Shown here: positions 41,846 to 51,553 of the stretch, in pieces
Numbering within the stretch: the first letter of the stretch is position 1
Layout: each line of letters opens with the position of its first letter
Assembly (NCBI GenBank): GCA_963815455.1
Contig: CAWFGO010000001.1
Span: 736,001 to 800,000 of the forward strand
Direction: 5' to 3'
Source of the DNA: an uncultured Verrucomicrobiae bacterium
Lineage (GTDB): Bacteria; Verrucomicrobiota; Verrucomicrobiia; Chthoniobacterales; UBA10450
DNA length: 64,000 nt
Position numbers and translations under genes: made by a program
The notes under the pieces: generated by a model
Database searches by the model: none
What the model was told of the DNA's origin: nothing
What the model saw: only the letters and a program-made list of their open reading frames with translations

Positions 41846-42639
41846 ACCTCGACCGCTGCACCGCCCTGATCACCGGCGCCTCCGCCGGAATCGGACGCGA
41901 GTTTGCTCAACAACTCGCGAACCGCGCCACTGGGCTCGTTCTCGTTGCTCGCCGCGGCGAGCGATTGGAAGAGTTGCGCGCCGAACTGACAAAACGTGCT
42001 CCGAACCTGAAAGTCCACATACGCGTTGTCGATCTCGCCGACAAATCGCAAATCGATGCCCTGATAAACTGGCTCGCCCAAAACAAGATCGACATCGATC
42101 TGCTCGTTAACAATGCCGGCCTCGGTGACTACGGACCATTTGCCACGAGCGATCCGGATCGCACCGATCGGATCATTCAAGTGAACATCACCGCGCTCAC
42201 ACTGCTGACCCGGGGCTTGCTTCCCCCAATGATCACAGCAAAACGCGGAGCGATTTTGAACGTAAGTTCATCCGCCGGATTTCTCCCGATCCCCGGCATG
42301 ACGGTTTACGCCGCGAGCAAAGCCTACGTAACCAGCTTCTCCGAAGCGTTGCGCGCAGAGCTCCGAGGCACAGGCGTCAGCGTGACGGCTCTTTGTCCCG
42401 GCCCGGTGCACACAGAATTCGGGGAGGCCGCCAAACGCCCGGGCCGCGAACCGGAACGCAGCGGGGAGTCGGTCTATGTATCGACGGAGCAGGTCGTTGC
42501 CGATGCGCTTGCCGCCGTTGAAGCCGATCGCCCTCTCATCATTCCCGGTTTTTTCATGAAGCTCGCCATGTTCCTCGTTCGAATCACGCCGATGTCGATC
42601 CTGCGTCGGGCCTCGCGGATCTCTGCCAAACGAGTCTAG
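41842..42639 (+). CDS. Short-chain dehydrogenase/reductase
   Basis: TGASAGIG, NNAG, NVSS, YAASK, PGPVHTEF. Confidence 0.93.
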   Translation: MNLDRCTALITGASAGIGREFAQQLANRATGLVLVARRGERLEELRAELTKRAPNLKVHIRVVDLADKSQIDALINWLAQNKIDIDLLVNNAGLGDYGPFATSDPDRTDRIIQVNITALTLLTRGLLPPMITAKRGAILNVSSSAGFLPIPGMTVYAASKAYVTSFSEALRAELRGTGVSVTALCPGPVHTEFGEAAKRPGREPERSGESVYVSTEQVVADALAAVEADRPLIIPGFFMKLAMFLVRITPMSILRRASRISAKRV

Positions 42640-44738
42640 TTCTCCAGAATGACGCTGACACCGCCATCGCGACGGCCCATGTTAACCTCCATGCTTGATT
42701 CGTGACGGATAAGAGAGATATCGACGCTGACATCGCCGACGCGTAGGCGATTAATTTTCAACTCTGGTAGGAACTCGGGCAGAAACGGTTTGGTAAATAC
42801 GATCTTTCGTTCCAGCCCATCGATCTTGAGTCCGAGTGAGGCGCCGAGCAGGAGAAAGACGGCACACGCGGCCCAGGTTTGTGGGGAACATGAAACCGGA
42901 TAGGGCGTCGGGCCTTCGTTGGCAATCCGCGGAAAGCCGCAGAATAATTCCGGGAGGCGTTGCGAATCGAAGAACCTTGTCGCGTCGAACAGTGCAGTGA
43001 AAATTTTCGTGGCTTCTTGGTTGAAGCCGTAACGCGCGAAGCCGGCGGCGATGATCGCATTGTCGTGCGGCCAGATGGAGCCGTTGTGATACGATCGCGA
43101 ATCGTAGGGCTTCTCGGTTGCGGCGACGGTGCGAATTCCCCATCCCGAAAACGATTCTTCGCTCATGAGCGTCGCCGCTACGCGGCGGGCCCGATCTTCG
43201 CTGGCGAACCCGGCGAACAGACAATGCCCGGCGTTTGAGGCACGGACCCGGCAGAGCTGTTTCTTGCCGTCGAGAGCCAGAGCGTAGGTGGAAAGTTCGT
43301 CGCACCAAAATGTTTTCTCGAAACGCCGGCGTAATGTTTCCGCCTCGCGCGTCAGCTCTCCCGCGCGCGCTCCGTTTCCGAGGACTCGCGCAATCTCCGC
43401 AGCTGCGAGTTTCGCCGCGTAAACGTAGGCCTGCACTTCGCAAACTGCGATCGGTCCCTCCGCCGGCGTTCCGTCGGCGTGAAAGATCGCATTATCCGAG
43501 TCTTTCCAGGCTTGATTGCGCAGACCGCCGCGCGCGGAACGTTGATATTCGATGAAGCCGTCCCCATCGACATCGCCGAAATTGTCGATCCAATTGAGGG
43601 CACGCTCGACGTTAGGCCAGATTGACCGGATAAGATCGACATCGCCGGTGCGCTCGTAGTAGGCGCCGGCCAGCATCACGAATAGCGGCGTTGCATCGAT
43701 CGAGCCGTAGTATCGATCGAACGGCACCTCGCCCAGGATCGACATCTCCCCGTTGCGGGTCTCGTGCAGGATTTTTCCCGGCTGTGCGTCCCGCTCTGGG
43801 TTTTCCTCATCCGCCTGCGTCGCGGCGAGATAAGACAGAACACCGCGGGCAATGTCCGGATTAAACCAGAGGCATTCGAGTGCCGTGATGATCCCGTCTC
43901 GTCCAAAGGCAGTGTTGTACCAGGGAAGACCAGCATATGGATACGGACCAAACGGCGTTTCAGTCCGCATCAGGTGAAGATCGGCGATCGAGCGATTCAA
44001 CCAGGCGTTGAACTGCTCGTTCGGCGTGACGATCTCCGGCTCCCGAGCCTTCAAGGCACACAGTGCCGCCGCCGCTTTCGTCGCTGCTTCATCGTAATCG
44101 AGTAGCGATTCACTTTTCGGCTGACAACGGATTGTGATGTTTTGGATCGCTTCTTCTCCGGCTCCGAGTTGGATACGATGTTGCGCGCGCGATCCATCCA
44201 GTTCCGTTGGCACTGGATCGAGCCGGATCGATGTCCGGCGGAGTTGTCGATCCAATCCTTCGTAGGCCAACTCGATGGTATTTCCGCTCGTCCGAATCGG
44301 GAGACGATCGCCGCGGCGCTCGCGCTTGATGCCGCGGACTTCGAACAGATCGGCAAAATCCGCATCGAATTCCAAAGCGATTACGAACTCGACGGCTTTG
44401 CGCCCTGAATTGTGGATGTGCAGCCGGTCGTAACAAGCCGCTTCCCACAAGAAGCGTGAGCGGGAGACGCGGATCGTCCCGTGCGGAATCAGAACGTCGC
44501 CATCCCTCAACAGGTCGGGAGTGGTAAGATCGACAGTCAGCACGGTGTTGTCCGCCGTAATCGACGTGCCCACCACCAGCAACTTCTCGCTTCCGATCCG
44601 CAGCCGCAGCCGGGAAAGAAAACGAGTATCCCGATGATAAAGCCCGAGCCCGGAAGAGCCCGCACTATCTATGTCGCCGGAGGGATCGAAGACCGCGAAG
44701 GTGTCCCCGTGCTTGAGCACCTTCGCGCAATCAGTCAC
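42636..44738 (-). CDS. Amylo-alpha-1,6-glucosidase (glycogen-debranching family)
   Basis: LKHGDTFAVFD, AGLPWYNTAFGRD, PGKILHE, NQAWKDS, YHNGSIWPHDN, LPELFCG. Confidence 0.92.
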   Translation of the reverse strand: MTDCAKVLKHGDTFAVFDPSGDIDSAGSSGLGLYHRDTRFLSRLRLRIGSEKLLVVGTSITADNTVLTVDLTTPDLLRDGDVLIPHGTIRVSRSRFLWEAACYDRLHIHNSGRKAVEFVIALEFDADFADLFEVRGIKRERRGDRLPIRTSGNTIELAYEGLDRQLRRTSIRLDPVPTELDGSRAQHRIQLGAGEEAIQNITIRCQPKSESLLDYDEAATKAAAALCALKAREPEIVTPNEQFNAWLNRSIADLHLMRTETPFGPYPYAGLPWYNTAFGRDGIITALECLWFNPDIARGVLSYLAATQADEENPERDAQPGKILHETRNGEMSILGEVPFDRYYGSIDATPLFVMLAGAYYERTGDVDLIRSIWPNVERALNWIDNFGDVDGDGFIEYQRSARGGLRNQAWKDSDNAIFHADGTPAEGPIAVCEVQAYVYAAKLAAAEIARVLGNGARAGELTREAETLRRRFEKTFWCDELSTYALALDGKKQLCRVRASNAGHCLFAGFASEDRARRVAATLMSEESFSGWGIRTVAATEKPYDSRSYHNGSIWPHDNAIIAAGFARYGFNQEATKIFTALFDATRFFDSQRLPELFCGFPRIANEGPTPYPVSCSPQTWAACAVFLLLGASLGLKIDGLERKIVFTKPFLPEFLPELKINRLRVGDVSVDISLIRHESSMEVNMGRRDGGVSVILEN

Positions 44739-45347
44739 TTATCGGTACTTGATCGAGCACCCGTAAGGTTTGGTATTGGCCGTGGAGACCGATTTGCCGG
44801 CCATCGATTCCTCCAGCGCGACTTTGACGTAATTGGTCGAGCTTGGAATATCGGCCGGGTTCGGGGTGGCTTTGCTGTCGATCGCGCCTGCGTAGACGAT
44901 TTTGCCTTCAGGATTGATAATCACCATGTCCGGGGTGTTCTTCGCGCCGTAACTTTTCCCGGCTTGCCCTTGCGGATCGAGAAGCAGCGCCGTTTGACGT
45001 GTTTTCCACGAATTCATAATCTTCTCGGCTTGTTCCGCCGTGAGATAACCTTCCTTCCCGGGCGCGGATGAATCAATGGTGAGCCACACAACGCCTTTGC
45101 CGGTAAATTCCTCCTGCAGCTTTTGCATGTTGTCGCTGCCGTAATGTTTCTTCACAAATGGGCATTCCGGATTGAACCACTCGAGGACAACATATTTGCC
45201 TTTGTAATCGGCCAGCGAATGCGTCTTGCCTTTGGCGTCGGAAAGCGAGAAGTCGGGAGCGGAGCTCCCGATCGGCGGCACGTCTTTAGCGAAAAGACCG
45301 GTTGCGAGGAGTGCTGTTGCGAGGATGAGGATCGATTTTGTTTTCAT
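44739..45347 (-). CDS. Exported redoxin (AhpC/TSA family)
   Basis: Signal peptide; APDFSL, VVLEWFNPECPFVKKHY, YGAKNTP, YAGAID, PYGCSIKY. Confidence 0.9.
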   Translation of the reverse strand: MKTKSILILATALLATGLFAKDVPPIGSSAPDFSLSDAKGKTHSLADYKGKYVVLEWFNPECPFVKKHYGSDNMQKLQEEFTGKGVVWLTIDSSAPGKEGYLTAEQAEKIMNSWKTRQTALLLDPQGQAGKSYGAKNTPDMVIINPEGKIVYAGAIDSKATPNPADIPSSTNYVKVALEESMAGKSVSTANTKPYGCSIKYR

Positions 45348-45350
45348 AAA

Positions 45351-47468
45351 TTATTGAGAAGCGACACTGCGGTTAAAGGATTCCAGTTTGTCCAGAATCA
45401 TACTCTTGGTCAGCAATTCCGGAAACACAACCGGTTCCGCGGATTTGCCGGGATAGAGCACATACAGTGGGACACCCGGGCGGCCAAAATGTTGCAATAA
45501 TTTTGTGATCTCCGGATCGCCGTTGGTCCAGTCGGCCTTCAGCTTGACGATGCCGTGGCGTTGAAACGCGTCGCGCACGGCGTCGCTCTCGAGCACGCTT
45601 TTCTCGTTGAATTTGCAGGTGAGACACCAGGCGGCAGTGAAATCGATGAAGACGGCGCGCCCCTGATCGAGTTCGCTTTGCAGGCGCCCCGGAGTAAACC
45701 TTTGCCAGTCACCCGCCTGCTGCGATGTCGCATCGAGCTTCGACATTCGGAATTTTCCTCCGATGAAATACGCTCCGCCACCGATCAGGAGCAGGAGCAT
45801 GAGCAGGAGCACCATCGTGCGCTTCGCGGCGGAGGCAGTCGGCAAGACGAACGCGCCTTTCATCCAGCAGGCGATGCTCACGACGAGGAGGAAACAACTG
45901 GCCCAGATCGCGCCGTCAAGGCCGCGTTGCGCGCCCAGAACGTAAAGAAGAAAGAGCAACGTGGCGATCAGGAGAAAGCCCATGAACTGTTTCACGTGGA
46001 CCATCCACGGCCCCGGCTTGGGCAGAAACCGCAGCCAGGCCGGTTGCGCACTGAGCAACAAATAGGGCGCGCTCATTCCGGCGGCGATGGCCAGAAACAT
46101 CGACAGAATTACCGGGGCGGATTGAGTAAAGGCGAACCCGAGCGCTGTGCCGAGAAACGGTGCGGTGCATGGCGTGGCCAGAATGGTCGCGAACACGCCT
46201 TGGAAAAATGAGCCGAGATCGTCTTTGCGTTCCGCAGTCGAAAGCAAACCGCGGGTCGTGCTTTGCGGCAGGGAAATCTCGAACACGCCGAATAGATTCA
46301 ACGCGAAAACGAGGACCAGCACACTCATTCCCAGAACGAAATACGGATTCGTGAACTGCAAGCGCCCAGGTGATCTGATGACCTGCCGATTTCAGCGCGA
46401 CCAGGATCAGCGCCAGGCCGACGAACCACGCGAAGATGCCAGCCACGAAAGCCAGACCGCTCCGCAAAATGCGTTGTCGATCTTGTCCGGCCTGTTTAAC
46501 GAATCCGAAAATCTTCAGCGAGATCACCGGCAGCACGCACGGCATCAGATTCAAAATGAACCCGCCGATAAAACCGAAAAGGAGAAACGTGAAGAGTCCG
46601 CGCGACTGGGCAGGCACAGACGCCGCCTCAGGCGACTTCGATTTCAACCGAGAGCAACCAACTTGTGCGGTTCGGATCGGTCGGGCCCTGGCCCGCTACA
46701 ACAAGCCCGCGGATTTGATCCGTTGGCGCGGTTTCGAATGGGACGGTAATGGTGAGTTCATCTCCCTGCGCGGTCGCTTTTGGATGTCCAACAACGCTTT
46801 TCTCATCCGGCAGCGGATAAAAATCGACGTAGGGATAGTTTGCGACCGCTGCCGTGTTAAAGGTCACCGAAAGTTCAGAAGCTTTGTGTGGTCCACCGCT
46901 TAACGAACATCGCGCGATCGGGCCATGGCTGTGGCAGCATCCGACGAAATTGTGCGAACAGGTCCGCGTTCGCGGGGAGGCTCGATGTCGAAGTTGGCAG
47001 TTCCATCTGCACATTGGCGCTGCCGGGAATGCAGATTTTTTCGCAAACGAGCCAATTCGCTTCGGCCGAAAGCTTCATGTTCGGCTCGGCAATGGATGCT
47101 GGTGGAGTAATTTTCTGCATGAGCAGAACTTCGTCGTGGTACCCGTAGATCTGGATGTCGCCCGGTTCGTCGAGCTTGAGCGGAATCGGCCATTGAATTT
47201 CGCCAACTTTCCAGCCCGGCGGCAGATTCCATTTGATCTCGGTGGGAATCCCGGCGTCACCCGGAAATTTCCAATAGGTGTGCCAGCCTGGCGCCATTCG
47301 CAGCAGGAGTCCGACCGTGAACGGGTTACCGGGAACAACTGCAGTCGTATCCGCCACCAGGCTCGCTTTGACGAGCACTTTGCCCCCGTAGGTTTGGGCC
47401 TGAAGCGACGCGACCCCGGCAAAGATCGACAACAGCACTGCGCCGGCGATCGTTCTAGCCACCTTCAT
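45351..47468 (-). CDS. dsbD: Protein-disulfide reductase DsbD family (N-terminal domain, TM domain, thioredoxin); frameshifted in this assembly
   Basis: PGWHTYWKFPGDAG, WLVCEKICIPG, ILNLMPCVLPV, ATPCTAPF, DFTAAWCLTCK, spread over several frames. Confidence 0.88.
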
Positions 47469-47530
47469 ACAGACACCTAACATCGCAGCGCGTTCGCAGC
47501 AATGGCTCGGCAAGTGCTCCAAAACAGAGA

Positions 47531-47770
47531 ATGCGCGGATTCATCATCTTTCTGCTCGTCGCCGGACTCGGCTTTGTCTTCCTCCGCCAGAAAGAGGGTC
47601 AGACGCCATCTCCTCCCGCCAAATCGGCAGCGGCCCAGCCCGCGGCCCAGCTAACACCCGCGCCACGCGGCCAGGCGTCGGAGCATAATTGGATGAAACG
47701 CGCCCTCGATCGGGCCGCCGACGTTAGAGATAAGTCCCGCGCGCAAACTAAAGAAGCGCAGGATCCGTAA
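47531..47770 (+). CDS. Small membrane-anchored hypothetical protein
   Basis: N-terminal TM helix, Pro/Ala linker, SEHNWMKRALDRA helix. Confidence 0.65.
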   Translation: MRGFIIFLLVAGLGFVFLRQKEGQTPSPPAKSAAAQPAAQLTPAPRGQASEHNWMKRALDRAADVRDKSRAQTKEAQDP

Positions 47771-47778
47771 GCGTTATC

Positions 47779-47799
47779 CTGTCACTCCGAGGATGACAG
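47779..47799. repeat. Short hairpin with the same ends (CTGTCA...GGATGACAG) as the 34926 element, between convergent genes
   Basis: CTGTCACTCCGAGGATGACAG. Confidence 0.45.
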
Positions 47800-47814
47800 C
47801 GCGCTGAATGCCGG

Positions 47815-48330
47815 CTATTGGACCCCGCTGCCTCTGCTTACTTGGGTGCGGACCGACGCTTTGAATTCGCTCAGACCGTTGACCGCTTCGCCTTGGTTGG
47901 TCAAAACAGATTCGCGACCGGCTTGATCGCGCCGAACGTGAAACCGGCCATACATGATCCCAACGAGCGGGATAAACTGGGTGCCGTTGTTCTGCACGAA
48001 AAGAATGTCTCTGTCGCCCACGGCAAACTTGGGCGCATCGGTCACGCCCATCGATTCATCGCCGACTGTCCCGCCGAGCATCCGGATCGTGTAGGATTGA
48101 CCGGGATTGCCTTTGAGGCTGTCGTCGATCCTAAAGGTGACGTAGCTGACGATATTGCGCTGTGCGCCTTCACCGACCCATTGCGACTTCACTGCGGTCA
48201 CTTCGCCTTGGAAAATGACGTCGGCTTGATTGACAAGCTCGTCGAACGTGGGCGGGATCACGGTGGTTGCTTGCGTTGCCGGGATAAAGGCAGCGACGGC
48301 GGCCAGGAAGAGGATAGAAGATTTTTTCAT
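47815..48330 (-). CDS. Secreted hypothetical protein, possibly TIMP/NTR-like or propeptide-like partner of the adjacent protease
   Basis: Signal peptide; TTVIPPTFDELVNQADVIFQGEVTAV, IDDSLKG, LGGTVG, PKFAVGDRDILF. Confidence 0.7.
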   Translation of the reverse strand: MKKSSILFLAAVAAFIPATQATTVIPPTFDELVNQADVIFQGEVTAVKSQWVGEGAQRNIVSYVTFRIDDSLKGNPGQSYTIRMLGGTVGDESMGVTDAPKFAVGDRDILFVQNNGTQFIPLVGIMYGRFHVRRDQAGRESVLTNQGEAVNGLSEFKASVRTQVSRGSGVQ

Positions 48331-48367
48331 GGAGTGATTTGGGACGTCAAAGATTTGAAATGATTAC

Positions 48368-49465
48368 TTATTTCTTAATGCTCACAGTGGCGTTGGTGGG
48401 AGATGAAACCCTATAGCCCGACCCGGACGAAAGGGTCATCTTGGCTGCCTTCGCCTTCTTGGCCACTTTTAGTACAGTCAGGACAACCTCGGTGGAACTG
48501 GCTCCGGCCGGAATAATCGCCTGGCCGTAAGTTCCGCTTAACGAATAAATTGTTCCCCGCTTGGCGCTGCCACTCATGGCGTATCGGACGGTAACCGAAT
48601 TATTCGGATCAATAACCGAAGCGGCGATCGTGTAGACTGCCGTGCCGCCCGCTCCCACTGTAGTCGGCGAAGCCGAGACGCTAACGACAGGGGTTGGATT
48701 TGGAGTGGCGGTCGGAGTCGGAGTCGGCGTTGGTGTCGGAGTCGGTGTTGGCGTTGGCGTGGGCGACGGCGTTGGCGTTGGCGTTGGCGTTGGTGACGGT
48801 GTTGGCGTTGGTGAAGGAGTCGGTGTGGGAGTTGGCGACGGCCCGGGTGCGCCATAAATGCTCTGGCCACCGTCGATGTCATCACTGGCAAGAGCATCGA
48901 GATTGCTCACGATCGAGTTCATGATCGCGCTAACGTGCTGGCCGCTTTGATCGGGATGTCCCAGGCCCAGGGCGTGCCCCGCCTCATGAAGCAAAACCCG
49001 CCGGATGTCAATTGCGGATCGGAGCGAGCCTCGGTAGGAATCGAAGCTCCTGTTTTGATTAAAAAGGATATCTGCCTCGATCATCCGAGAGCCCGAATAC
49101 CGGTAATAGGTCACCGCCAGGGTGTTCGCGCCAAAGCTTTGACCAAAAACGGTGTCCGAAAAAACGACCGAGTTGAGGCCATCGCCGGAAGAGGCAGTGG
49201 AGCCTCCACTTGCTGAGGCCAGCTGGATTCTCTCAACGTTCAAGTCCCAACTGGTAAGGGCGGGCTCGGCCGCGGTGTCCCATGAGGTATTGCCGTCAAT
49301 CAAAGTGCGACCGGCATTGCCGAGGCCCATTCGAAAAGTAACTGTGGTTCCCGAGTTCCAACTAGGTCCCTCCAGAACATAGGCGCGCAATCCTACGGGA
49401 AATGCAGCCAAAAACAGGGCGAGGGTGGTGCTGGCAAGAGTGGAAAATGCGAATTTGCGTCTCAT
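48368..49465 (-). CDS. Matrixin-like (M10) zinc metalloprotease with a Pro-Thr linker and a Calx-beta/Ig-like C-terminal domain
   Basis: Signal peptide; [18 protein letters not shown], Met-turn AIMNS, DDIDG, (PT/PS)n linker. Confidence 0.88.
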   Translation of the reverse strand: MRRKFAFSTLASTTLALFLAAFPVGLRAYVLEGPSWNSGTTVTFRMGLGNAGRTLIDGNTSWDTAAEPALTSWDLNVERIQLASASGGSTASSGDGLNSVVFSDTVFGQSFGANTLAVTYYRYSGSRMIEADILFNQNRSFDSYRGSLRSAIDIRRVLLHEAGHALGLGHPDQSGQHVSAIMNSIVSNLDALASDDIDGGQSIYGAPGPSPTPTPTPSPTPTPSPTPTPTPTPSPTPTPTPTPTPTPTPTPTATPNPTPVVSVSASPTTVGAGGTAVYTIAASVIDPNNSVTVRYAMSGSAKRGTIYSLSGTYGQAIIPAGASSTEVVLTVLKVAKKAKAAKMTLSSGSGYRVSSPTNATVSIKK

Positions 49466-49634
49466 GGTTGGGAGAGAGAAAAGGGTTAGCACAGGGTAGA
49501 GGGAGCTGGTTTCTTTATAAAAACCATAAAGCACGATGCGTGCTCATTGGGTTTTCACCGGGCCTTTTTCTTCGAAAAAACCTTTCGGCGGCAACATCAG
49601 AGCACCTATGGCCGGCAATGGGCTTTCCAGTGAT

Positions 49635-50198
49635 CTATGGAACAACGAATATCTTATCGGTCCAAGGATCCTTAACTTTGCTGCCCCGCGTGTAACCGCT
49701 TACGTCAACGTATCTGCCCTTCGGATCGAATGGGCTAAACACATAACCCGGTTTGTCGGGAACCCGCTTCGCGGTTGGATATTCGGTCTGCGCGGCCGCG
49801 GCTTTTTGTGAAGATGAGCCCGCCTTCTGTGAAGCCTTCGATTTGCGGCGCGCCATTTCTTTTCGGGCCGCTTGTGGGGTTGGCGTTGGAGATGCGCCCT
49901 TTCCAATCAAGCGTCCCGGCGGCTGCTTGGGAGCAGGCGAAGAACTTGCCACCGGATGTCCCGGAGACGTGACATCAGAAGCCGTCGTTCTGGTCGTTCG
50001 TGTGACGACGGTTGTCGTCGTCGTTGTTCTCGTCCCCGGTTTCGGCTTGTTAGCGCCTTTTTGAAACAATCTCGCGGGGGCCGTAACGACGTGATACGAG
50101 GTGGACCCGACACTGCGCATAGCCTGACACCCTTCAAAAGCGGTTCCGGCAAAGATCGCCAGCGTGACGTAGATCAATAAACGCGCCTCTGAATTCAT
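49635..50198 (-). CDS. Lipoprotein with a Thr/Pro/Lys-rich linker and a conserved ~48-aa C-terminal domain
   Basis: Lipobox-like FEGC; C-terminus YPTAKRVPDKPGYVFSPFDPKGRYVDVSGYTRGSKVKDPWTDKIFVVP*. Confidence 0.78.
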   Translation of the reverse strand: MNSEARLLIYVTLAIFAGTAFEGCQAMRSVGSTSYHVVTAPARLFQKGANKPKPGTRTTTTTTVVTRTTRTTASDVTSPGHPVASSSPAPKQPPGRLIGKGASPTPTPQAARKEMARRKSKASQKAGSSSQKAAAAQTEYPTAKRVPDKPGYVFSPFDPKGRYVDVSGYTRGSKVKDPWTDKIFVVP

Positions 50199-50254
50199 CC
50201 GGCTGCTTTATACAATGTCCTTTGCAGAGCGCAACTACGATGGCAGCTCGCTCA

Positions 50255-51292
50255 TCATTTTCCCTGCAGCACCGCTACATCTTCAACGAAATCGGCAATC
50301 TCCTTGTCCGTCACCGCCCACGAACACATCAGGCGATAAATATCAGGCTCGATGAACTTGTAAAAATGCCATCCGCGTCCGCGAAGGCCGGCTACGAGAT
50401 GGTCGTTCATTCGCACAAAGGTGCCGTTCGCTTCCACCGGATAAGCGATGTCGATCTTCGCTTGCGTTTGGAGCTGTTCGGCGAGTGTTGCGGCGGCGCG
50501 ATTAGCGTGCCGGGCATGGCGCAGCCAAACGTCATCGGTCAGAATGCCGATCCATGGTGCGGCCAGAAAGCGCATCTTCGACCCGAGCTGCCCCCCTTGT
50601 TTGACCCGATAATCAAATTCACGCGCGAGATCCCTCTTGAAGAACACGACGAGTTCTCCCGCAGCCAGGCCGTTCTTGGTGCCGCCGAAGCAAAGGACAT
50701 CGACGCCTGCTTGCCAGGTTATTTCCTTCGGCGCACAACCAAGCGAGGCAACTGCGTTGGCGAAACGCGCGCCATCCATGTGAATGAAGAGCGAATGCTT
50801 CGCCGCAAGTTCTTTCAGCGCGCTCAGTTCCACAGCGGTATAAACCGTCCCAAGCTCGGTTGATTGGGTGATGCTTATTACGCGCGGTTTCGACGCATGA
50901 AGCTCGGGCTGCCGGGCAATCGCAGCGCCGGCGTCGTCAATGTCGATCTTCCCGTTCGCCCCGCGCGTCAGCAACAGCTTCGACCCGGAAAAGAATTCCG
51001 GCGCACCGCACTCGTCGGTTTCGATATGCGCTTTTTCATGACAAATGATGCTGTGAAACGGCTGGCAAAGCTGTGCCAAAGCCAGAGCGTTAGCCGCCGT
51101 GCCGTTGAAAACCAGGAAAGCCTCGCAATCCGTTTCGAAAATTTCTCGCACCCGTTCGCACAGTTGGTTCGTCCACCGATCGTCGCCATAGGATGGCGCG
51201 GAACCAGCGTTCGCTTTTTGGATCGCCTCCCAGGCTTCCGGGCAAAGTGGAGCGGTGTTATCGCTCTCAAATGGATGTCGATCCAGATTCAT
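50255..51292 (-). CDS. ltaE: Low-specificity L-threonine aldolase
   Basis: SDN, YGDD, NGTAAN, AHIETDECGAP, TELGTVY, HMDGARFANA, FGGTKNG (PLP Lys). Confidence 0.9.
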   Translation of the reverse strand: MNLDRHPFESDNTAPLCPEAWEAIQKANAGSAPSYGDDRWTNQLCERVREIFETDCEAFLVFNGTAANALALAQLCQPFHSIICHEKAHIETDECGAPEFFSGSKLLLTRGANGKIDIDDAGAAIARQPELHASKPRVISITQSTELGTVYTAVELSALKELAAKHSLFIHMDGARFANAVASLGCAPKEITWQAGVDVLCFGGTKNGLAAGELVVFFKRDLAREFDYRVKQGGQLGSKMRFLAAPWIGILTDDVWLRHARHANRAAATLAEQLQTQAKIDIAYPVEANGTFVRMNDHLVAGLRGRGWHFYKFIEPDIYRLMCSWAVTDKEIADFVEDVAVLQGK

Positions 51293-51371
51293 CCCGCTCG
51301 TCTGCTACGCGAGTCTTTCCCACCACGCAACCGGGAACGAAAAAATCAATCGATCGACAAACGCCCTTGCT

Positions 51372-51433
51372 AAAAAGGGATTGCCTAACGGACCCGAGCC
51401 CTGGGCCTGCAGAGTCCGCCAGGCAAATCACCC
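51372..51433 (-). terminator. Long minus-strand hairpin followed by a U-tract (terminator or structured RNA end)
   Basis: Minus strand GGGTGATTTGCCTGGCGGAC ... GTCCGTTAGGCAATCCC-TTTTT; its two mismatches pair as G-U only on the minus strand. Confidence 0.5.
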
Positions 51434-51553
51434 TCTGCTTGTTCCCAAACTCGCATCCCTAATCGCGAATGTGAATCTGGGCTTCACCAATGATTCGAAT
51501 TGAGGACGCCAATTGCGCGCATCAGGGGCGGAGAAACTTCAAGGGACGGCTTT

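Noticed and set aside
1643..47468. Frameshifts in thrS, recQ, the 23.3-kb lipoprotein, nadB, panC and dsbD read as pseudogenes or programmed frameshifting
   Set aside because: They are scattered single-base indels in essential or conserved genes whose motifs are otherwise intact, with no shared slippery site. Long-read consensus error is the simplest explanation; raw reads would be needed to confirm.
48697..48843. GGHGTY hexamer array as a CRISPR or VNTR
   Set aside because: It is the codon pattern of a Pro-Thr/Ser linker, with synonymous variation and no spacers.
51293..51553. Glycine or c-di-GMP riboswitch, or SRP RNA, upstream of ltaE
   Set aside because: The diagnostic conserved nucleotides were not found by eye; an Rfam scan would be needed to exclude them formally.
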